A stretch of DNA of 32,000 nt, from NCBI RefSeq assembly GCF_000247565.1, contig NC_016893.1, positions 210,001 to 242,000 on the forward strand, read 5' to 3'. The DNA is from Wigglesworthia glossinidia endosymbiont of Glossina morsitans morsitans (Yale colony). Lineage in GTDB: Bacteria; Pseudomonadota; Gammaproteobacteria; Enterobacterales; Enterobacteriaceae. Position numbers and translations under genes: made by a program. Under the pieces are notes generated by a model, which saw nothing but the letters and a program-made list of their open reading frames with translations, did not search any database and had not been told where the DNA came from. This document shows, piece by piece, positions 1 to 10,050 of the stretch. Every line of letters begins with the position of its first letter. Position 1 is the stretch's first letter.

Positions 1-571
1 GTTAATTTTTTTCCCAAAACTTCTTGACTTAAATATTCTCTAGATACTACTTGACCTAAATTTTGTGCTAATAAGAATAATAACGAAAATTCTGTACCTG
101 TTAAATCTAAATTAATATTTCCAAAGCACGCTTCTTGTCTTCCTGGATTGAGATTTAATAAATCAACAAATACAGATGATTGTTTACCGATAGTTTTTTG
201 AGCAAACCAATATGAACGTCTTAAAATTGCCCTAATACGTGCTATTAGCTCGCGATCGTTAAATGGTTTTGTTAAATAGTCATCTGCTCCCAGTTCTAAT
301 CCTAGAATACGATCTAATTCGCTGCCACGTGCAGTTAACATAATAATAGGTATATGATGCTTTTTTTGGCGAATTTCTTTTAAAGTATCTATTCCATTTT
401 TCTTTGGCATCATGATATCTAAAAGTAACAAATCGATTGCATTATTCAATTTAGAAAGTGCTTGTTCTCCATCATATGCTACCTGTATTTCAAATCCTTC
501 TAATTCTAATAGTTCTTTTAATAAATCAATCAATTCATGATCGTCATCTACCAAAAGTAGTTTATTCATAT
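1..571 (-). CDS. cpxR: CpxR-like OmpR-family response regulator, 3' end outside window (partial)
   Basis: Reverse-strand translation from ATG at 571: MNKLLLVDDDRELIDLLKELLELEGFEIQVAYDGEQALSKLNNAIDLLLLDIMMPKKNGIDTLKEIRQ...[42 protein letters not shown]...LNPGRQEACFGNINLDLTGTEFSLLFLLAQNLGQVVSREYLSQEVLGKK. Near co-linear with E. coli CpxR. Missing from the ORF track because it is open at the window edge. Confidence 0.95.
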
Positions 572-813
572 ACATTTTCCCTATTATACATAATTAACGC
601 ATTATAATATTTTATTTTCTTTAATATTGAAAATTTATATCAAATTAATAATTTTTTATAATTTACATAAATTAATTAAATATATAAAATATAGAACGTA
701 TAAAAGTATGAGAATTTACAGGTTTAAAAAAAAATAAAATAAATATTAAATATAATAAAAAATATATTATATATAATAATATATTTTATTCAAAATTTTA
801 ATTAAGTAAAAAA

Positions 814-1386
814 TTATTTATTAATTACTATTTCTGATTGATACAGATACTTAGAATGTTTTTTTTTATTATAAGGTCGAATAGCAGAACCTGTCAGTAA
901 TTCAAAACTTACTGCTCCAATTAACATATTGGGACGTAGTCCTATTGGTAGCTTACCAGAATTGTAAAACTCTAATACAATTTGACCTGACCACCCAGGA
1001 TCAATTCTATGAGAAGTAGCATGTACCATTAATCCTAAGCGAGCTAATGAAGATTTTCCATCCAACCATCCAACTAAATTATCCGGCAAAGTAATATGTT
1101 CCACAGTTAACGCTAATACTAGTTCTTTTGGATGTAAAAAAAATATTTCTCCTTCATTAATTTCAATTTGATGAGTAATTTTTTGTTGCAACATATCGTG
1201 ATTATTTTTTGATGAAATAAGTTCAACATCAATATAATCTATTTTATATCCCGTAAAAATTTGAAATTTATTTGATAATTTTAAATCTACCGTAGCTCCA
1301 TTAATTCTATTTTTTGAAGGTCTTGGAATTATAACTAACTGATTTTTATTTAACCATTTTTCTATATCATGATCGCATAATCGCAT
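814..1386 (-). CDS. dcd: dCTP deaminase
   Basis: 190 aa ORF; motifs [66 protein letters not shown] are typical of Dcd. Confidence 0.95.
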   Translation of the reverse strand: MRLCDHDIEKWLNKNQLVIIPRPSKNRINGATVDLKLSNKFQIFTGYKIDYIDVELISSKNNHDMLQQKITHQIEINEGEIFFLHPKELVLALTVEHITLPDNLVGWLDGKSSLARLGLMVHATSHRIDPGWSGQIVLEFYNSGKLPIGLRPNMLIGAVSFELLTGSAIRPYNKKKHSKYLYQSEIVINK

Positions 1387-1611
1387 AATTATCCTTAATC
1401 TTTATAATCAAAAAAAACAAATTTTAAACATATAATTTTATATATAAACATTAAACAATAATATTTTTAATATATTTTCAACTTAGATATTAACATGTCT
1501 TTATATAAAATATATACTGTATTAATAAATGTTATAAAATTTAAGCATATTAAATAAAAAATACACATCGTTTATTATTATAGTAAATAATTTTTAAATA
1601 ATTTTAATATT

Positions 1612-3270
1612 ATGAATACGAATAAAAAAATTTTGATCACTTGTGCTTTACCGTATGCTAACGGAGAATTACATATCGGACATATTTTAGAACATGTACA
1701 AGCTGATATTTGCGTAAGATATCATCGTATGAAAGGTCATGAAGTCTATTTCATTTCCGCTGATGACAGTCATGGTACTCCGATTATGTTGAAAGCTCAA
1801 AAAAATGGAATAGTTCCAGAAAAAATGATTTTAAAAATGTATAATAAACATAAAAAAGATCTACTAAAATTTAATATTTGTTATGATAAATATTATTTAA
1901 CACATAGTAAAGAAAATTATCGACTATGCATCCTAATATATAAAATTTTAAAAAAGAAAAAATTAATTATTGAGAAAGAAATTTTTCAATTGTATGACAT
2001 TAAGAAAAATATGTTTTTATCTGATCGGTTTGTTCAAGGTACATGTCCAAAATGTTTTTCTAAACAACAATTTGGCGATAATTGTAACATATGTGGCGCA
2101 ACATATTCTTCTATCGAATTAATTCAACCAAAATCAATTTTATCTAATTCTATTCCAGTCATAAAAAAATCAAAACATTTATTTTTTGATTTACCATATT
2201 TCGAAAAATTTTTAAAAATCTGGATTCATTCCGGTGTAATAACTTATGAAATCATAAATAAAATAAAAGAATGGTTTAAATCAGGATTACAACCTTGGAA
2301 CATCTCAAGAGATTCTCCATATTTTGGATTTAAAATACCGTACATTTTAGAAAAATATTTTTATGTATGGTTTGACGCACCTATTGCTTATCTAAGTACA
2401 TTACGAAAATTATGCAAAGAAAAAAACAAAAAAATTTTGTTCCAAGAATTTTGGACAATGAATTCCAAAAATTTAATTTATCAATTTATTGGAAAAGATA
2501 TTATTTATTTTCATAGTTTATTTTGGCCATCAATTTTACATGGAATTAATTTTCGTAAACCTACAAAACTATTTGTTCATGGACATGTAACTTTCGATGG
2601 TAAAAAAATGTCTAAATCTAGTGGAAAATTAATCGGTGCGACAGTTTATTTAAAATATTTTGATTCAGATTATTTAAGGTATTACTATGCTTCGAAAATA
2701 TCTACATGTATAACAGATATAGATTTTAATCTTACTGAATTTATGCATAAAATAAATTCAAACATTATTAATAAAATAATTAATCTAGCTTCTAGAAGCG
2801 CTAGTTTTATTAATAAATATTTTCATAATTGTTTATCTGAAAATGTTGAAAATTTTTCATTGTATACTAAATTTACTAATGCAAAAACTATTATAAGTAA
2901 ACATTTTCAAGAACAAAACATATATCTCGTGATTAATGAAATTGTTAAGTTATCTAATTTAGCCAATCAATATTTAAATAACAAAGCGCCTTGGAAACTT
3001 GCAAAAAATATAAAACAAAATAATCATTATATACACGAAATATCTTCTATGGGTATTAATATGTTTTATATTATCATGGTTTATTTAAAACCTATTTTGC
3101 CAAATTTAGCACGTAAATCAGAAATATTTCTTAACAAAGATCTTAATTGGAACGATATTAAAACTCCTTTAAAATTACATCATATTAATAAATTTCAACC
3201 TTTATTATTTCGAATCACTGAAAAACAAATTGCTTCAATGCTAAAAGAATCTAACAATAAAAATATATAA
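1612..3270 (+). CDS. metG: Methionyl-tRNA synthetase, short form without C-terminal dimerisation domain
   Basis: 552 aa ORF; N-terminal CALPYANGELHIGHILEHVQAD, zinc knuckle CPKCFSKQQFGDNCNICG, and KMSKS loop (DGKKMSKSSGKLIG). Confidence 0.95.
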   Translation: MNTNKKILITCALPYANGELHIGHILEHVQADICVRYHRMKGHEVYFISADDSHGTPIMLKAQKNGIVPEKMILKMYNKHKKDLLKFNICYDKYYLTHSKENYRLCILIYKILKKKKLIIEKEIFQLYDIKKNMFLSDRFVQGTCPKCFSKQQFGDNCNICGATYSSIELIQPKSILSNSIPVIKKSKHLFFDLPYFEKFLKIWIHSGVITYEIINKIKEWFKSGLQPWNISRDSPYFGFKIPYILEKYFYVWFDAPIAYLSTLRKLCKEKNKKILFQEFWTMNSKNLIYQFIGKDIIYFHSLFWPSILHGINFRKPTKLFVHGHVTFDGKKMSKSSGKLIGATVYLKYFDSDYLRYYYASKISTCITDIDFNLTEFMHKINSNIINKIINLASRSASFINKYFHNCLSENVENFSLYTKFTNAKTIISKHFQEQNIYLVINEIVKLSNLANQYLNNKAPWKLAKNIKQNNHYIHEISSMGINMFYIIMVYLKPILPNLARKSEIFLNKDLNWNDIKTPLKLHHINKFQPLLFRITEKQIASMLKESNNKNI

Positions 3271-3957
3271 TGTTATTTTATTAATTTAATAAAAAATAAA
3301 TTAAAAAATATATGTTTTTATTTTTATTAAATATTAATAATTTAAAATTTAATTTTTTAAATATTGAATGTACTAATTCAAATTGAATATAAACATTATT
3401 CAAAAATATGTTAATAATTTATAAAAAATTTTTTAGTTAAATTAATCTTTAAAAAAAGTATACAATATATTTTTTTACATCTTAATTTCGAAGACTGTTG
3501 TGTTTTTAATAAAATTATACTGTATTTGAACTAGATGAATATTTTATTTAAATTTAAATTAATATTATAAAAAATTTATTTTTTTATATATAATTTTAAT
3601 ATTTTTGTATCAGATTATTTTAATTTATTTAATTTTTTTATTTTTATAAAAGAATTTATTTTAAATATTAATTTTTTATAGAATTTATTTTTTCAAATAA
3701 AAATTTTTTTAATAGTTGAATATTTTTTAAACATATTAGAAAAAAAATTTAACACATATATTCTCTAATTTAATAACAAATTTATTTCGATAATTGTCAA
3801 TTTTTTAGTATTTTAAATTTATTTTATTAATTAAAAAAATGTTATGCACGAATTTTATGTGCAAAAAAAATAAATAAAATTTTAATTTTTTCATTTTAAC
3901 TTATATTAATTGCATTTAAAATAATAAAAAATTCATTTTTTTGAATTGATAATTATT

Positions 3958-4890
3958 TTAACGCTTATTTAAAAAAATTAATTTTTTTAATAAAAGATAC
4001 ATATCTTCTGGTAAATTTGATTTAAATTGCATAGAAATACGCTTTGTAGGATGCATAAATTTAAGTTTTCTTGCGTGCAATGCTTGCCTACTAATTTTTA
4101 ATAGTGGATTATAACAATAAACTTTATTTTTTATGTATTTTATATCACCAACAACAGGGTGCTCTATATGTGCCATATGCACTCGAATCTGATGTGTTCT
4201 ACCAGTTTCTAAATATACTTTAAGATAAGTATATTGTGAAAAACTTTTAATGATTTGGTAGTGAGTAGTAGCCGGTTTTCCTTTGATATCTACTTTCATA
4301 AGAGTTTTAAATTTTTTATCACGCATAATCGGAGCGCTAATTGTGCCATGAAAAATAATTTTTCCATGCACAATAGCCCTGTATTCTCGAATTATTTTTT
4401 TATTTTTTAATTCTTTATAAAAATAATTTTGCGCTTGATATGTTTTTGCAATTATCATTAAACCAGTAGTATTTTTATCTAGTCTATGCACAATACCAGA
4501 TCGATTTAAATTTTTTGTATCAGGGTAATAATGTAGTATTATATCAAGCAATGTATTATTATTGTTTTTACATCCAGGATGCACGACTAATCCAGAAGGT
4601 TTATTGATTAATATGAAATGATAATCTTCATATAAAATGTTTAATTTATTTTTTTTCAATTGTGTAACATTTTTTTTTTTGTTTATTTGAATTTTTATTA
4701 TTTCACCACCTTTTAATTTCTTTTTTGGATTAACGATATATGAATTATCAACTTTAACTTTACGAGCAATAATTAATTTTTTTATTTTTGTTCTAGAATA
4801 TTGAGGAAATAAAATTGCCGATATACTGTCTAATCTTTTTCCAAATTGATTCATTTGAACTTTAGCAATTAATAATTTAGTATAATACAT
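3958..4890 (-). CDS. rluD: 23S rRNA pseudouridine synthase RluD
   Basis: 310 aa; S4-like N-terminus, catalytic GIVHRLDKNTTGLMIIAKT, LETGRTHQIRVHMAHIEHPVVGD; divergent neighbour of bamD as in E. coli. Confidence 0.93.
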   Translation of the reverse strand: MYYTKLLIAKVQMNQFGKRLDSISAILFPQYSRTKIKKLIIARKVKVDNSYIVNPKKKLKGGEIIKIQINKKKNVTQLKKNKLNILYEDYHFILINKPSGLVVHPGCKNNNNTLLDIILHYYPDTKNLNRSGIVHRLDKNTTGLMIIAKTYQAQNYFYKELKNKKIIREYRAIVHGKIIFHGTISAPIMRDKKFKTLMKVDIKGKPATTHYQIIKSFSQYTYLKVYLETGRTHQIRVHMAHIEHPVVGDIKYIKNKVYCYNPLLKISRQALHARKLKFMHPTKRISMQFKSNLPEDMYLLLKKLIFLNKR

Positions 4891-4972
4891 GTAAATTTTA
4901 TATTTCTTATTTAAAAAAAATTTAAATAAATATACTATAAAAATTATAAATTTTTAATTCGAGAAATTTATT

Positions 4973-5644
4973 TTGAATAAAAAATGGATATTTATAATCC
5001 TAATTAATCTAATTTCAATTAAATATGCATTTTGTAATATATATTTTGATCAAGATATTCATGCACATCATGCATACGATATGAATCATAATAAATTATA
5101 TAATAGTAGAAAAAAAAAATTTGAAACTTATTTATATTTTTTGAAAAAAAATCAGAATTTCATTTATATGAAAAAAGCAGAAAAAGATATTACTAGATTA
5201 TATTTTAAATATAAAAATTATAATTTAGAAAACTTAGATTTATTTGATTTGATTATTGATCAATTTATTAAATACCATCAAGATGTTATATATACAAGTT
5301 TTCTAATCTATATCCAAGGATTGGTGTATATGCAATATGATAAAAATTTTTCAAAATATTTTTTTTATATAAAAAAAATTGATTCTAATCCTAAATACGC
5401 ATATTTAGCATTAAATTGTTTTAAAAAACTTGTTAAAGATTATCCTAAAAGCATTTTTATACAAGATGCGAAAAAATTTGTTGTTATTCTTAATGAAAGA
5501 ATAGCCAAATATAATTTAGAAATAATACGTTTTTATATTAAAAAAAAATCTTTTTCTGCATCAAATAGTCGTATAATAGAAATTATACAAAAATTTCCAA
5601 ATACTAAGTCTGCATATTATGCGAAAAATTATTTAATGCAGTAA
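4973..5644 (+). CDS. bamD: Outer-membrane assembly factor BamD (YfiO)-like, divergent, TTG start
   Basis: 223 aa; similarity to BamD TPR region (IDQFIKYHQDVIYTSFLIYIQGLVYMQYDKNFSKYFF...DSNPKYAYLALNCFKKLVKDYPKSIFIQDAKKFVVILNERIAKYNLEI) and synteny with divergent rluD. Confidence 0.85.
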   Translation: MNKKWIFIILINLISIKYAFCNIYFDQDIHAHHAYDMNHNKLYNSRKKKFETYLYFLKKNQNFIYMKKAEKDITRLYFKYKNYNLENLDLFDLIIDQFIKYHQDVIYTSFLIYIQGLVYMQYDKNFSKYFFYIKKIDSNPKYAYLALNCFKKLVKDYPKSIFIQDAKKFVVILNERIAKYNLEIIRFYIKKKSFSASNSRIIEIIQKFPNTKSAYYAKNYLMQ

Positions 5645-5721
5645 AATTATAAATAAAAGAAACAACAATCAATTTAATAAATTAATAATTATTATCAGTT
5701 TAAATTTTAATCAATTAATCA

Positions 5722-6066
5722 ATGATAAACAGTAATAAAATTATTAAAAATGCCACATTATTTATTGCTCATATAAAAAATAAAAAAATTGAATATATAT
5801 TTTTATTTATTTTTTTCTATTTACAAAGTTCTCTGTGGTATGGAAAAAACAATATTATGCATTTAATAGAAGTGCGAAAAGAAATCAAAATACAATCTGA
5901 GAAAAATTTGCAAAAAAAAATGAGGAATCAAAAATTAATTATTGAGATTAACTACTTAAAAAATAAAAATGATGCTATTGAAGAAAGAGCAAGAAATGAA
6001 TTAAATATGATCAAATCTAACGAAGTTTATTACCGTATAATAGAAGTTAAGAACATACAAAAATAA
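5722..6066 (+). CDS. ftsB: Cell division protein FtsB (start uncertain; N-terminus longer than E. coli)
   Basis: FFYLQSSLWYGKNNIMHLIEVRKEIKIQ...IEINYLKNKNDAIEERARNELNMIKSNEVYYRII resembles E. coli FtsB; upstream of ispD-ispF as in E. coli. Confidence 0.85.
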   Translation: MINSNKIIKNATLFIAHIKNKKIEYIFLFIFFYLQSSLWYGKNNIMHLIEVRKEIKIQSEKNLQKKMRNQKLIIEINYLKNKNDAIEERARNELNMIKSNEVYYRIIEVKNIQK

Positions 6067-6074
6067 ACTATATT

Positions 6075-6776
6075 ATGTATAAAAAAAAAAATTATCCTAA
6101 TATGATAGCGATTTGTCCTGCAGCAGGTATAGGAAGAAGAATGCAATATAAATACCCTAAGCAGTATATAAAAATACAAAATAAAACATTATTAGAGCAT
6201 TCTATAAATCTATTAGTTAAACAAATATGCATTAAAAAAATAATTATAGCCATTCATAAAACAGATCGATGGTATAAATCATTACCAATATTAAAAAATA
6301 ATAAAATAAATATTGTTTTTGGAGGAGAATCTCGAGCAGAATCAGTTCGATGCGCTTTAAAATATGTTAAAAAAGTGCATTGGGTTTTAATTCACGATGC
6401 CGTACGTCCTTGTTTACATCAAAATGATCTTAACCAATTGTTTAAAAACTTATATAATTCTTCTACTGGAACTATTTTAGTTACTCCTATAAATGATACT
6501 ATTAAAAAATCTTATGGTAATTATATTACACATACTGTTCAAAGAAAAAATCTATGGCGTGCTTTAACTCCTCAAATTTTTAATAAAAAAATTTTAGTAA
6601 ACTGCTTAAATTTCATCTACCATCAAGGTAAACACATTACGGATGAAGCAAGTGCGCTCGAAGAATGCGGTTATTTATTAAATTTTATACCAGGTAGATC
6701 AGATAATATTAAAGTTACTTATCCTGAAGACTTAAATTTTGTAAAATTTTTTATTAATTATATAGGGAGATTTTAA
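6075..6776 (+). CDS. ispD: 2-C-methyl-D-erythritol 4-phosphate cytidylyltransferase
   Basis: 233 aa; PAAGIGRRMQYKYPKQYIKI, VLIHDAVRPCL, ITDEASALEECGY motifs. Confidence 0.95.
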   Translation: MYKKKNYPNMIAICPAAGIGRRMQYKYPKQYIKIQNKTLLEHSINLLVKQICIKKIIIAIHKTDRWYKSLPILKNNKINIVFGGESRAESVRCALKYVKKVHWVLIHDAVRPCLHQNDLNQLFKNLYNSSTGTILVTPINDTIKKSYGNYITHTVQRKNLWRALTPQIFNKKILVNCLNFIYHQGKHITDEASALEECGYLLNFIPGRSDNIKVTYPEDLNFVKFFINYIGRF

Positions 6777-6778
6777 AA

Positions 6779-7258
6779 ATGCGCATTGGTCATGGATTTG
6801 ACGTACATAAATTTGGCATACATTCTAAACCATTTATTTTAGGAGGTATTCATATTCCTTATTTTCAAGGAGTACTTGCACATTCCGATGGCGATGTAAT
6901 TATACATTCAATAATTGATTCATTATTAGGAGCTTGCGCATTAGGAGATATTGGAATGTTGTTTCCTAATAATGATCCTAAATATCAAAATATAAATAGT
7001 TGTATTTTATTACAAATTATTTGGAACCAAATAAAAAAAAAATATAAAATAGGAAATATCGACATCACTCTCTTTTTAGAGAAACCAAAAGTTTCTTTAT
7101 ATATTCCAAAAATATGTTTTCATATTTCTCAATGTTTAGAATGTAAATATAATTGTATTAATGTAAAATCTACTACCATGGAAGGTCTTGGATTTGTTGG
7201 GAAATACAAAGGAGTTGCTTCGGAAGCTATAAGTATAATTTTCAAAGTTAAAAAATAA
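6779..7258 (+). CDS. ispF: 2-C-methyl-D-erythritol 2,4-cyclodiphosphate synthase
   Basis: 159 aa; MRIGHGFDVHKF, GGIHIPYFQGVLAHSDGDVIIHSIIDSLLGACALGDIGMLFP, TTMEGLGFVGKYKGVASEA. Confidence 0.97.
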   Translation: MRIGHGFDVHKFGIHSKPFILGGIHIPYFQGVLAHSDGDVIIHSIIDSLLGACALGDIGMLFPNNDPKYQNINSCILLQIIWNQIKKKYKIGNIDITLFLEKPKVSLYIPKICFHISQCLECKYNCINVKSTTMEGLGFVGKYKGVASEAISIIFKVKK

Positions 7259-7296
7259 TTTAAAATAAATAATAAAATTTTTAAATGTAAACATTT

Positions 7297-7359
7297 TCGC
7301 ACGGAAGAAAAATATATAATTTCTACTCTAACAAATATTAGAAGATAATTTTCTTCCGT
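7297..7359. promoter_or_regulatory. Stem-loop / inverted repeat in the ispF-yccA convergent intergenic region (possible bidirectional terminator or small structured RNA)
   Basis: Perfect 11-bp inverted repeat acggaagaaaa (7301-7311) / ttttcttccgt (7349-7359), with a smaller internal tctaa/ttaga pair. Confidence 0.45.
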
Positions 7360-7423
7360 CGTTCAAAAAAAATTTTAAAAAATTCGATCTAAACAAAAAT
7401 AAATGCATAATTTTTGTTTTTAA

Positions 7424-8089
7424 TTATTTTTTTATCCCTCCAAATATACCTAAAAAACTTGAAAAAATATTATATATTGATACGTACAAACTTACTGTAG
7501 CTCGAATATAATTTTTTTCACCACCAAAAATAATATTGTTTATTTCCCATATAATGGCTACTGAAGAAAAAATTATAAACATAATACTGATTGTCATTGA
7601 TAATGCCGACATATTTAATATCATATTACTTATTGTGCAAATTAATAATGCGATACTTCCAGAAATTAATACACTAGATAAAAATGACAAATTTCGATTA
7701 GTTTTTAAACTGTATATAGAGCAGCAAAAAAATACCATTGCAGTCCCGGATAAGGCCAGTATAATACTACTGCTATTTACAGCAAGCATAATACTTATAA
7801 GTGGCGCAATTGCATATCCCATAAATCCAGTTAAAGCAAATGTTGCTAAAATGCCCGATTTTTTATCAGACAAATAGTTAACTAAGAACAATAAGGTATA
7901 AAATCCAATTAATGTAGGAATAGCTCCTAAAAATGGTAGTTGACATAAACTACTGACAGTAGCAACTGTAGCAGAAAAAGCTACAGTGATTGATAAAAGC
8001 AAATATGTATTACGTAAAACTTTATATGTAGATAACCTAGAACTGCTGTGCGAAAAAATTTCAATCGATCGGTTCATAATATTTTCCAA
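7424..8089 (-). CDS. yccA: Bax inhibitor-1 family inner-membrane protein YccA (FtsH modulator)
   Basis: 221 aa; SSSRLSTYKVLRNTYLLLSITVAFSA, LSGTAMVFFCCSIY, NIIFGGEKNYIRATVSLYVSIYNIFSSFLGIFGG; closer to YccA than YbhL. Adjacent tRNA-Ser(UGA) matches the yccA-serT neighbourhood. Confidence 0.92.
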   Translation of the reverse strand: MENIMNRSIEIFSHSSSRLSTYKVLRNTYLLLSITVAFSATVATVSSLCQLPFLGAIPTLIGFYTLLFLVNYLSDKKSGILATFALTGFMGYAIAPLISIMLAVNSSSIILALSGTAMVFFCCSIYSLKTNRNLSFLSSVLISGSIALLICTISNMILNMSALSMTISIMFIIFSSVAIIWEINNIIFGGEKNYIRATVSLYVSIYNIFSSFLGIFGGIKK

Positions 8090-8233
8090 ATTTTAATTTA
8101 ACAAATTATAAAAAAATATTTAATTTAAAACATCTTAAATGTACTATATTATAAAATTTAATTTTTTTAAATGATAACATGAGTCTTTACAATTTTTTTT
8201 AATTGTGCTTATATTATTCAAATATAATTTTTT

Positions 8234-8320
8234 GGAGGAATGGCCGAGCGGCTGAAGGCGCTGGTCTTGAAAACCAGAAAAGGATTACACCTTTCGTGAG
8301 TTCGAATCTCACTTCCTCCG
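8234..8320 (+). tRNA. serT: tRNA-Ser (anticodon TGA)
   Basis: GGAGGAA...TTCCTCCG acceptor stem, GGTCTTGAAAACC anticodon arm, class II variable arm, GTTCGAATCTC T arm. Confidence 0.95.
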
Positions 8321-8375
8321 ATAAATAATACATGATAATTAAAGAATATAAATTAAGTTTTATTATTAATTGATT

Positions 8376-9341
8376 TTAAAATAAATATTTCTTGACAATC
8401 GAAGCAAGACAATCAATATGCAAATCTTGATCATTTAAAGCCGGAATATAGTGAAAAAAAAGTCCTCCAGAATTTATAAAAAGCAGTTTATTTCTTATTT
8501 TTATTTCTTCTAAAGTTTCTAAACAATCAGAAGAAAATCCAGGACAAATGATTTGAATATTTTTTATATTTTTCTTGGGTAAACTCGATATAACATTTGA
8601 AGTAATAGGAGTAAGCCATGGAACTTTTCCAAATTTTGATTGAAAACTCATAATTATTTGATCTTCGGGATAATCTAAAGCAGATGTTAGCAATTTTTTT
8701 GTTACTTGACATCTTTCTAAATAATCATCTCCATCCGCAACATATTTTTTTGGTATACCATGAAAAGATAGGATTAAACGATCTGGATGACCGTATTTAT
8801 CAAAAGAACTAATAATACTTTTTTTTAAAGCATTAATATATTTCATATCATCAGCATAATCTCGAATAAAAATTATTGAAGGAAGATTTCTGTATTTTTT
8901 TAAAATTTTTGCAATAGCGTCAAATACTGATGCAGTAGTACTACAAGAATATTGTGGGTACAGTGGAAAAACAACTAATTTTTTTACATTATATGTTGCT
9001 AACATTTTTTTTATAGCATTTTTAAGTGTAGGTTTACCATATCTCATAGCTAATTCTAAATGTATATTTGGTAAAATATTAGTTAAAGCTTTTTTTTGTA
9101 GCAAACTATTTATCATTAATGGAGACCCTTCTGACTGCCAAATTTTTTTGTATAAGTGCATTACTTTAGAAGAACGCATAGGCAAAAGATATAAGTGCAA
9201 ATACAATTGCCAAAAAAATTTTGGTGCATCAATCACTCTTGGATCACTTAAAAAATAAGACAAATATTTTTTTATTGATTTTTTATTCGGTGCACTAGGT
9301 GTTCCTAAATTAACTAAGATTAATCCGAATTTGATTTTCAT
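8376..9341 (-). CDS. hemH: Ferrochelatase
   Basis: 321 aa; GLILVNLGTPSAPNKKSIKKYLSYFLSDPRV, LILSFHGIPKKYVADGDDY, CPGFSSDCLETLEEI; adjacent to adk. Confidence 0.95.
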   Translation of the reverse strand: MKIKFGLILVNLGTPSAPNKKSIKKYLSYFLSDPRVIDAPKFFWQLYLHLYLLPMRSSKVMHLYKKIWQSEGSPLMINSLLQKKALTNILPNIHLELAMRYGKPTLKNAIKKMLATYNVKKLVVFPLYPQYSCSTTASVFDAIAKILKKYRNLPSIIFIRDYADDMKYINALKKSIISSFDKYGHPDRLILSFHGIPKKYVADGDDYLERCQVTKKLLTSALDYPEDQIIMSFQSKFGKVPWLTPITSNVISSLPKKNIKNIQIICPGFSSDCLETLEEIKIRNKLLFINSGGLFFHYIPALNDQDLHIDCLASIVKKYLF

Positions 9342-9365
9342 TATTTAAATTATATTAAAAAAATT

Positions 9366-10007
9366 TTATTGAATTTTGTTAGTTTCAAAAATTTTTATTA
9401 TTTTTTGATTTATTTGTTCTATTTTTAAAGATGCATCGATAAAATAATATTTCAATTTTTTTTTGTAAGACTCTTGTTTATAAAAATTACTTAATATAAA
9501 ACAGTTTTTATAATATTCTTGCATACGTATTTTTAGTGCATCGACGCAATCATCTGAACGTTTTTTTAAAATTTCATCATAATTTTTATTTTTTAAATAG
9601 TTGGATTGCTTATGAATATCATCTATGTGGCATATTTTACCAGATATCTTATCGATCATACGTCCAGAAATTCGTGAAAAAACGATTTTTTCTGGAATAA
9701 ACAATTCAAAGATAAAATCAATATTTATGGATTTTATAATTTTAGCTTGGTATAAAGTTCTAGGAAAACCGTCTAAAATAAATCCTTTTTCGCAGTCTTG
9801 AGACTGTAATCGTTTTAAGATTATTTTCGTTATTAAGTTATCTTCAATTAAATAACCTTGATTAATTAATTTTGTGATATAACTATTTTTACTTTGATTT
9901 CTTAGTAAATCACCACTAGAAATTTTAGGAATATTATATTTTTTAGAAATAATTTCTGACTGTGTTCCTTTTCCGCTTCCTGGTGGTCCAATAAAAATTA
10001 TTTTCAT
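9366..10007 (-). CDS. adk: Adenylate kinase
   Basis: 213 aa; GPPGSGKGTQ P-loop, ISSGDLLRN, GFILDGFPRTLYQA. Confidence 0.96.
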   Translation of the reverse strand: MKIIFIGPPGSGKGTQSEIISKKYNIPKISSGDLLRNQSKNSYITKLINQGYLIEDNLITKIILKRLQSQDCEKGFILDGFPRTLYQAKIIKSINIDFIFELFIPEKIVFSRISGRMIDKISGKICHIDDIHKQSNYLKNKNYDEILKKRSDDCVDALKIRMQEYYKNCFILSNFYKQESYKKKLKYYFIDASLKIEQINQKIIKIFETNKIQ

Positions 10008-10050
10008 AAATCTCTCTATATTAAAAAAACTTTAAAATTTTTTTAAAAAA

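Noticed and set aside
660-810. AT-rich repeats (atatataataatatttt etc.) as a CRISPR or replication element
   Set aside because: Low-complexity A/T runs without regular repeat-spacer structure or DnaA-box-like sequences.
1612-3270. metG as a truncated pseudogene
   Set aside because: It lacks only the C-terminal dimerisation domain, while the catalytic domain, zinc motif and KMSKS are intact. Short monomeric MetRS forms are known and functional.
5722-5800. FtsB N-terminal extension as a novel domain
   Set aside because: Most simply an upstream in-frame ATG. The conserved region begins near KIEYIFLFIFFYLQSSLWYG, and no Shine-Dalgarno supports either start clearly.
7536-7877. 113-aa + strand ORF
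   Set aside because: Fully antisense to yccA, with no recognisable family. Low GC and codon structure of the real gene explain it.
8527-8712. 61-aa - strand ORF inside hemH
   Set aside because: Alternative-frame reading of a clear ferrochelatase gene.
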